The position numbers and the translations under genes are program-made. Positions 43,031 to 48,931 of a stretch of 48,931 nucleotides of DNA are shown in pieces. Numbering within the stretch: position 1 is the stretch's first letter; every line of letters begins with the position of its first letter. This DNA comes from Candidatus Staskawiczbacteria bacterium (GTDB lineage Bacteria; Patescibacteriota; Minisyncoccia; Minisyncoccales; Staskawiczbacteraceae). Location of the stretch: positions 1-48,931 of the forward strand of contig JBEKVX010000001.1 of assembly GCA_049513595.1 (NCBI GenBank), written 5' to 3'. A model generated the notes under the pieces. That model made no database searches. It was given only the letters and a program-made list of their open reading frames with translations, and was not told the origin of the DNA.

Positions 43031-43061
43031 TCGCTTGACTGCAATCCCACCTCCAATGAGC

Positions 43062-43098
43062 CCCCGATCTGTGCTGAACAGACCGGGGCTATTTTTTT
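43062..43098 (+). terminator. Intrinsic terminator
   Basis: ccccgatctg-N7-cagaccgggg followed by a T run. Confidence 0.65.
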
Positions 43099-43114
43099 AT
43101 AAAAATTTTCATTA

Positions 43115-44407
43115 TTAAAACTTGTCTGCCAGTTTGTAAATATCTCCCGCGCCCATGATTATCAAAACATCGCCAGATTTTACTTTTTCTTTAATGTGAT
43201 TTTCTAATTCTGACAAAGAGGAATAAACAATGGTATTCCTATCTATTTCTTTTACTAGATTTTTGGAACTGACTTCTTGCTTAATTTCTTTAACCTCTCT
43301 TCCAGCAACATCGTAAATATCTGTAATTATAATCTCGTCTACGGGAGCTAAACGAAAAGTTTTAACGAAATCTTCAAAAAGATAATATGTTCTCTGATAT
43401 TGATGCGGCTGGAAAACGCACCAAATTTTTTTACTTGGATATTTTTCTCTGGCAGCTTTTAATGTTGCTGAAATTTCATTTGGATGATGAGCATAATCAG
43501 AAACAATTGTAATTCTTTTGCCATCTGCGCTCCCCTGCTTTATTTCAAACCTTCTCCAGGTTCCCCTAAACTCTGACAGCGCATTAAAAGTAATTCTGTC
43601 TGGGATTAATAAAATTCTTGCGACTTGCAAAACCGCCAGAGCATTGGAAACATTGTGCGCGCCAGGAACTTTTAGAATACTTTTTATTTTTTTGGCTTCT
43701 TTTTGTTTTACAGAATAACTAAATGCTTTAAATTTAGGCTTTGAAATTTTTGGCGGATATTTATCATCCTTGTTAAAAACCAAAAATCCGTCAGCCGGAA
43801 GTTGCGCAATAAAATCCTCAAACGCCTTTTTAACCTTGGCAAATGTCTTGAAATAATCCAAATGCTCTTTATCAATGTTTGTGATTACAATTATTTTTGG
43901 CGAATAATGCAAAAACGAAGAGTCGTATTCGCATGCTTCAATAACCAAAAATTTGCTTTTACCTGAGCGGAAATTAGAATTTCCAAATTCTTTTAATTTT
44001 GTTCCAACAATGACAGTCGGGTCAATTCCTGCTTTTATCAAAACTAAGGCAATCATCGCAGTGGTTGTACTTTTTCCGTGAGCTCCAGAAACCGCTATTG
44101 TATAATATTCTTTTGTTAATCTTCCCAGCGCTTCCGGATAACTTATGGTTTTTATTCCCAGCTCTTTTGCTTTTTTGTATTCTGGGTTATCGGCTTTTAC
44201 CGCCGGGCTATGCACCACTAAATCAAAATCATTTTTGATATTTTTTGCGAAGTTTCCAATAATTATTTTAATCCCCTTCTCCTTTAAAAGGTCAGTAATT
44301 TCCGAAGCAGCCAAATCAGAGCCACTCACCTGGTGCCCTTTTGACAAATAATATTGTGCCAGTGCGGAAACCCCAATTCCGCCGATACCTATAAGATGAA
44401 TTTTCAT
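43115..44407 (-). CDS. murC: UDP-N-acetylmuramate--L-alanine ligase
   Basis: IHLIGIGGIGVSALA and VSGAHGKSTTTAMI. Confidence 0.95.
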   Translation of the reverse strand: MKIHLIGIGGIGVSALAQYYLSKGHQVSGSDLAASEITDLLKEKGIKIIIGNFAKNIKNDFDLVVHSPAVKADNPEYKKAKELGIKTISYPEALGRLTKEYYTIAVSGAHGKSTTTAMIALVLIKAGIDPTVIVGTKLKEFGNSNFRSGKSKFLVIEACEYDSSFLHYSPKIIVITNIDKEHLDYFKTFAKVKKAFEDFIAQLPADGFLVFNKDDKYPPKISKPKFKAFSYSVKQKEAKKIKSILKVPGAHNVSNALAVLQVARILLIPDRITFNALSEFRGTWRRFEIKQGSADGKRITIVSDYAHHPNEISATLKAAREKYPSKKIWCVFQPHQYQRTYYLFEDFVKTFRLAPVDEIIITDIYDVAGREVKEIKQEVSSKNLVKEIDRNTIVYSSLSELENHIKEKVKSGDVLIIMGAGDIYKLADKF

Positions 44408-44413
44408 AATATT

Positions 44414-44983
44414 TTATTCTCCTAATTGATGCGACTCTAAAATTGTATATTGCGGACCGCTGCGTTTTAATTCCGACTCCATAACTTCAATTGATTCTAC
44501 TGTAAAAACCAAATCAATGTCCTCGTTTATTTCCGGCCTTTCGTCCAAATCAAATTTTTTAAATTCCCATTCTGAAATTCTTGCCAAAGTAATATGCGGA
44601 ACAAGTCCCCTACCCTCTGGCCTGAAACTTATTTTTTCAAGCAAATCTTCCTGCAAATCCTCTTTCAAATCAGCAAGCTCTTCGGATTTTTCTCCATCTG
44701 CCCAAACCATTCGCGGAGGATTCTTTTTCGGCGGCGCATACAAAATTTTATTCAAAGTTATTGAAAATGTCTTATGTTTTTTTACAACTTGTTTTACAAT
44801 TTGACAGGCATCTCCAATTTCAACATCGGTTAAGTCGCCCAAAAATTCCAAGGTAATATGCAAATTATCTTTTGCTGTCCATTTTGCAGGCAACTCAGGC
44901 CATTTATCACAAAACTTAGCCAATTCCCTTTTGACTTCCTCTGGCAAATTTATAGCAATAAAAACCCTGTGTCGCTTTTCCAT
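44414..44983 (-). CDS. thpR: RNA 2',3'-cyclic phosphodiesterase (2'-5' RNA ligase family)
   Basis: Two HxT/S motifs (LHITLEFLG and PHITLARI). Confidence 0.85.
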   Translation of the reverse strand: MEKRHRVFIAINLPEEVKRELAKFCDKWPELPAKWTAKDNLHITLEFLGDLTDVEIGDACQIVKQVVKKHKTFSITLNKILYAPPKKNPPRMVWADGEKSEELADLKEDLQEDLLEKISFRPEGRGLVPHITLARISEWEFKKFDLDERPEINEDIDLVFTVESIEVMESELKRSGPQYTILESHQLGE

Positions 44984-45019
44984 GACTTTACTTTATCAAA
45001 AAAATTGTTTTATTTCACT

Positions 45020-45048
45020 ATTGACAAATCTAAATAATAGTTATAAAT
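45020..45048 (+). promoter_or_regulatory. Promoter (TTGACA, AT-rich -10 region)
   Basis: TTGACA at 45020-45025, with TATAAA/TAAATT 15-17 nt downstream. Confidence 0.5.
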
Positions 45049-45086
45049 TATAATTATTATCCTAAACCCAGCCAGAAAGGAAACCT

Positions 45087-45290
45087 ATGGATAATGAGAT
45101 TAAAATCGGCGACAGGGTCAAGCTGAAGGAAGAAGCTCTAAAACAACTTCCTCCCTGGGCAAGAAGTATTTTGTCTGCGCCGCTGATTGTCTTGGATGTC
45201 AACGGCACCGAAATCGGCGCATTCCGGTCAGCTGACATGCAAAACGGAATATACCTCCATGAAAGGTTCTTTGAAAAGCTCGTGGCGTAG
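45087..45290 (+). CDS. Hypothetical small protein (67 aa), first gene of a GC-rich two-gene operon
   Basis: GAAAGGAAACCT-ATG initiation region. Confidence 0.5.
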   Translation: MDNEIKIGDRVKLKEEALKQLPPWARSILSAPLIVLDVNGTEIGAFRSADMQNGIYLHERFFEKLVA

Positions 45291-45326
45291 TAAACTAAAC
45301 CTCCAACTCTCACGAAAGGAAAAACC

Positions 45327-45614
45327 ATGGAGATTCGAGAAGGCACGCTGGTGGCTCTGCAAAGGCTAAACCAGTGGGTACTGGGTGTGGTCATAAACAA
45401 GAGATCGTCGGTGAGACTAATCTATCCGAAGCACCTCTACAACACCGAGACCAGCGCTCTTGCCGAAGACCTGACACCCCTGGCCCAGACGCTCGGAAGA
45501 GAATCGGTTTCCACCGAAATCTCAAACTGCTTGCCAGAGGTAATTCTTTCTCTCGTCGCCCGGCAAGACGAACTGGACAGGCGACTGAATGCAATGACCG
45601 CCCCCGTGATGTAG
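45327..45614 (+). CDS. Hypothetical small protein (95 aa), second gene
   Basis: GAAAGGAAAAACC-ATG initiation region, nearly identical to that of the first gene. Confidence 0.5.
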   Translation: MEIREGTLVALQRLNQWVLGVVINKRSSVRLIYPKHLYNTETSALAEDLTPLAQTLGRESVSTEISNCLPEVILSLVARQDELDRRLNAMTAPVM

Positions 45615-45648
45615 GCATGTCTTGCATCGGCATACGCTGAGCAAGACG

Positions 45649-45685
45649 GCCCGAGCTAATTAACACTTAGCCGGGCTATTTTTTT
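45649..45685 (+). terminator. Intrinsic terminator
   Basis: gcccgagct ... agccgggc followed by a T run. Confidence 0.6.
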
Positions 45686-45715
45686 GCAAAAAAAGTGATA
45701 ATATAAATTAAAGAT

Positions 45716-46384
45716 ATGAACAAAGAAATCAGTAAAATATTTAATGAAATTGCCCGGCTTTTGGAAATCAAGGGAGATTCGACGTTTAGAATTAACGCTT
45801 ACAGAAAAGCAATAAAAACTTTGGATAGTTTGCAACAAGATGTTTCTGATATTTACAAAGAAAAGGGACTGAAGGGCTTGAAAGAGTTGCAAAACATTGG
45901 CGACAGCTCGGCAAAAAAAATTGAGGAGTTTATAAAACACGGTAAAATTAAATATTTTGAGGAATTAAAAGAGGAAACAGCTATCAGACAGATTATCACT
46001 CATTTTTTTCAGTCAAAGGGTTTGGGCTTGCAGGAATTAAAAGAAAATGCTAAAAAGAGAAGGATAATATATTCTCGGTTTACGAAGCCCAGCAAACAAT
46101 TGCTGGAATTAGCGGGTTCTGTTGAAAAAGCCAAAGAAGCGATTAATACTGTCGCTGCTTGGGCAAATTCAAGAAAACTGGATTACGCGATTGAAACAAT
46201 TTTTAAAAAATGGCTGGAACTGGACCGCTTAAAACCGAAAGAAATTGTTAAAAAACCATTTTACAGAGGAGATCCGATGATTTGGTCGGAAACAAAAAAG
46301 AAATGGTTTGTGATTTCAAAATACGGCGAATGGTTAGAATTTGCCGACAAAAAATCCACAATTGAGTGGCGAGTTATAGAATAA
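45716..46384 (+). CDS. Helix-hairpin-helix protein resembling the N-terminal domain of family-X DNA polymerases
   Basis: IFNEIARLLEIKGDSTFRINAYRKAIKTL ... LQNIGDSSAKKIEEF. There is no polymerase or PHP domain in this 222-aa ORF. Confidence 0.5.
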   Translation: MNKEISKIFNEIARLLEIKGDSTFRINAYRKAIKTLDSLQQDVSDIYKEKGLKGLKELQNIGDSSAKKIEEFIKHGKIKYFEELKEETAIRQIITHFFQSKGLGLQELKENAKKRRIIYSRFTKPSKQLLELAGSVEKAKEAINTVAAWANSRKLDYAIETIFKKWLELDRLKPKEIVKKPFYRGDPMIWSETKKKWFVISKYGEWLEFADKKSTIEWRVIE

Positions 46385-46397
46385 ATTAATAAAAAAC

Positions 46398-46958
46398 ATG
46401 CTAACACATACTGACTTAAAACCGGGGGTTCAATTTATTTATGAAGGCCAGCCGTGGGAAGTGCTGACTGCCGAAATGATGAAAATGGCGCAAAGACGTC
46501 CGGTAATTCAAAGCAAAATAAAAAATTTAATAGACGGCAGGGTTCAGGAAAAAAACTTCCAGCAGGGAGATGTTTTTGACGAGGCCGATTTGCAGAAAAA
46601 AGATATTAAATTTTTGTACCAAAGCAAGGGACAATATTTTTTCTGCGAAACAAATGACCCGTCGAAAAGATTTTTCTTTACAGAAAACCAAATTGGAACC
46701 CAGGCAAAGTTTCTAAAACCAAATGAAATTGTGACCGGAATTTTATTTGAAGAAAAAATTATAACTTTTAAATTGCCAATTAAGGTTGTGCTAAAAGTAA
46801 AAGAATCTGCCCCTGGAGTTAAGGGCGACCGCGCCCAAGGCGGAACAAAAGAAGCGACATTGGAATCCGGTGCAGTTATTCAGGTTCCTCTGTTTGTTGA
46901 AGAAGGCGACACAATTGAAGTCAACACCGAAACCGGAACATATGTAAAGCGGGTATAA
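46398..46958 (+). CDS. efp: Elongation factor P
   Basis: 186 aa, with a KOW-like N-terminus and a C-terminal VPLFVEEGDTIEVNTETGTYVKR. Confidence 0.93.
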   Translation: MLTHTDLKPGVQFIYEGQPWEVLTAEMMKMAQRRPVIQSKIKNLIDGRVQEKNFQQGDVFDEADLQKKDIKFLYQSKGQYFFCETNDPSKRFFFTENQIGTQAKFLKPNEIVTGILFEEKIITFKLPIKVVLKVKESAPGVKGDRAQGGTKEATLESGAVIQVPLFVEEGDTIEVNTETGTYVKRV

Positions 46959-46989
46959 AGCATTTTTTATTTAGTATATTGGGAAAACT

Positions 46990-47015
46990 AAAAATCCGCG
47001 CACCCGCGGATTTTT
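46990..47015. terminator. Bidirectional intrinsic terminator
   Basis: An A run, then atccgcg-cacc-cgcggat, then a T run. Confidence 0.75.
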
Positions 47016-47018
47016 AGT

Positions 47019-48931
47019 TTATTTTTTGATTGGTGGCGGAGGATTTACTGGAGGAACCATGGGAGGCAATTCAACAAATGAACGCTGGGCAATCTCTTCC
47101 TCAACAATTGCTTTGGGGCGGGAATATTTTAATTTTGAGATTTTTTTAATTGCTTCAATAATTTCCGGACGGCCTTTGGGCGAAGGCAGCGTCTGCATTT
47201 TAAATGGCGTGGAAATTTTATTGTTTATCATCATTTTAACTATCATTGTAAAGTTATCTAAATTTACCAAATCAAATCTTGAAAAACCCGGCTCGAATTG
47301 TTTTTCCAAGTTTTCTGCATCTTCTGCTCCGATGCGAAATGCTCCAATTGTTCCAACGTTGCCAAGCACCGCGTCGCGAATTTCCTGTTTTAACTGGGGC
47401 ATATATTGATGCGCCATTATCAAATTTAATTTATATTTTCTAGCCTCAGACAAAATTGTGGCGATTGAATCGGTTGTAAAATTTTGGAACTCATCAACAT
47501 ATAAATAAAAGTCGGTTCTCTGGTCTTCCGTAACTCTTGCCCTTTTCATGGCAGCCATTTGTATTTTTGATATTAAAATCAAGCCAAGCAGAGAGCTATT
47601 AACCTCTCCGGTCAAACCCTTAGACAAATTTGCCAAAAATATTTTTTTCTTATCCATTATGTCTGCCAAATCAAACCCCGAATGCGACTGCCCAATTATA
47701 TTTCTCATCATTTCGTTTTCAATAAATCTTCCTAATTTTGAAACCACATAGCCCAACATATCAGACCTGGTGCTGCCCGTTGTCTGCGCCCATTCTTTCG
47801 TCCAGAAACTTCTCACAATCGGGTCAGAAACTTTTGCAAGCCGCTGCTGTAAAAATGCCGGGTCTGTAAACATTTTTGGAATTTCAACCAAGCTGCCGGG
47901 ATTATCTTTGTCTGCCATCAATGCCAGCATTGCGTTTCTCATGTAGTGTTCAAACATCGGACCGATAATTTCGGGCGGAAAAAGTTTCATAAAAATTGCA
48001 ATCATTTCCTGCACGGCAAAGTCCTTCTGCTCTGGCGAATCATACTCTAGCATATTCAAACCGCACGGCCTTTCTATATCAAACGGCTCAAACACAACAA
48101 CGTCATCTATTCTTTCTTTCGGAATATTGGCCAATGTGTGCTCAACCATATCTCCATGCGGGTCAACAACTGCCACCCCTTCTCCGTTTGCAATATCCTG
48201 AGCGATTAAACCCTCCATAAAATTTGATTTACCAACACCTGTCTGTCCAACAATGTAAAAGTGTCTTCGTCTGTCCACCTTGCTTGCAAAATAAACTTTT
48301 TTCTCGTCATTTCTGTACGAAACCTTTCCGATGCAAACTTCTCCTTTTTCGGGCAAGTCGGTTGGCGGAGCGGCCGACACTGATTTTGCTGCCTTAATAT
48401 ACGGGGTTTCAATGTAATGCGTTGGAAAATGATAAATGGATGCCAGCTCTTCTAAATTTAGTATGCAAGATTGTTTTTTATTAAAGTTTCTGAAACTATA
48501 ATCATAAATTAATTTTTGCAAGTCCCTTTTATAAACTTCTTTGGGCTCTAAACTATTTATCGCAGACAATGAAAACTGGCTGAAGGCAGAAGTCAAATGA
48601 TTTAAAATTTCTTCTGCTCGGCTGACTGATTGGGCAGACGAGACAATCCTTATATTTGTCTCAAACGGCTGTTTTTGGATTTTGCTTTGTATGGCGTCGT
48701 ATCCTTTCTGGTCAATTCCCTGCTCTTTATCTTTCATCGCCATCTCTGACTCTTTTGATTTTTGGTCTTTAGAAAACAACACTTTTGAAAAGTCCTCTAC
48801 TCCCTCGGCAAAATGACCCCGAAATGCTTGAAGCGGCAATGCACACGTTGGATTCTTGTAAGTGTGCTTATGGAGACCCTTCAAACGGCGCTCCAAGGCA
48901 AAGCATATAATCCCACCGTCCCCAATTGTGA
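47019..48931 (-). CDS. P-loop ATPase, TraG/VirD4 (type IV coupling protein)-like / DUF87-like; 5' end outside the window
   Basis: Walker A GQTGVGKS and Walker B-like LYVDEFQNF. The reading frame stays open to the window edge, beyond the TTG that the track lists at 48896. Confidence 0.7.
   Translation of the reverse strand, partial: TIGDGGIICFALERRLKGLHKHTYKNPTCALPLQAFRGHFAEGVEDFSKVLFSKDQKSKESEMAMKDKEQGIDQKGYDAIQSKIQKQPFETNIRIVSSAQSVSRAEEILNHLTSAFSQFSLSAINSLEPKEVYKRDLQKLIYDYSFRNFNKKQSCILNLEELASIYHFPTHYIETPYIKAAKSVSAAPPTDLPEKGEVCIGKVSYRNDEKKVYFASKVDRRRHFYIVGQTGVGKSNFMEGLIAQDIANGEGVAVVDPHGDMVEHTLANIPKERIDDVVVFEPFDIERPCGLNMLEYDSPEQKDFAVQEMIAIFMKLFPPEIIGPMFEHYMRNAMLALMADKDNPGSLVEIPKMFTDPAFLQQRLAKVSDPIVRSFWTKEWAQTTGSTRSDMLGYVVSKLGRFIENEMMRNIIGQSHSGFDLADIMDKKKIFLANLSKGLTGEVNSSLLGLILISKIQMAAMKRARVTEDQRTDFYLYVDEFQNFTTDSIATILSEARKYKLNLIMAHQYMPQLKQEIRDAVLGNVGTIGAFRIGAEDAENLEKQFEPGFSRFDLVNLDNFTMIVKMMINNKISTPFKMQTLPSPKGRPEIIEAIKKISKLKYSRPKAIVEEEIAQRSFVELPPMVPPVNPPPPIKK

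Overview
The window is an AT-rich, gene-dense bacterial segment. Gene content and style suggest a small-genome Patescibacteria/CPR-like organism, which is inference. The genetic code looks standard: TGA is used as a stop, for example in the ftsW/murG ATGA overlap at 29085-29088.

The backbone consists of:
- a heat-shock locus, grpE-arsR-like-X-protease-dnaK-dnaJ
- rplI, pyrG, rpmA and uppS
- a long minus-strand cell-wall and translation block: thpR, murC, tyrS, aspS, a dac-like carboxypeptidase, mraY, a PP-loop::murD fusion, ftsW, murG and gltX
- efp, and a partial VirD4/TraG-like ATPase at the right edge.

Visibly GC-rich islets interrupt this backbone. Hand counts give 65% G+C for 11501-11560 against 30% for 40621-40680. 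Each islet has its own TTGACA-type promoter, strong GGAGG ribosome-binding site and intrinsic terminator.

The observations most worth a second look are:
1. 1815-3606: three tRNA or tRNA-like genes with aberrant anticodon arms. Two sit in paralogous promoter / tRNA-like / small-ORF / terminator modules. One is preceded by a 435-nt GC-rich leader with no long ORF.
2. 14934-15299: a promoter-to-terminator GC-rich candidate ncRNA of about 365 nt next to tRNA-Ala.
3. 10052-10259: a 20-bp duplication of the tRNA-Lys 3' end bracketing a 168-bp insert.
4. 23055-26442: a cluster of ATTGTGCGACA-type motifs around a Xer-like tyrosine recombinase, including 21-bp direct repeats that bound a GC-rich one-gene cassette.
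5. 30193-32736: a PP-loop ATPase domain fused to MurD.
6. Cysteine-rich, Kazal-containing surface proteins embedded in the cell-wall cluster.

No CRISPR array, rRNA gene or recognisable transposase was seen. All structures and coordinates were derived by hand, and no database search was possible.
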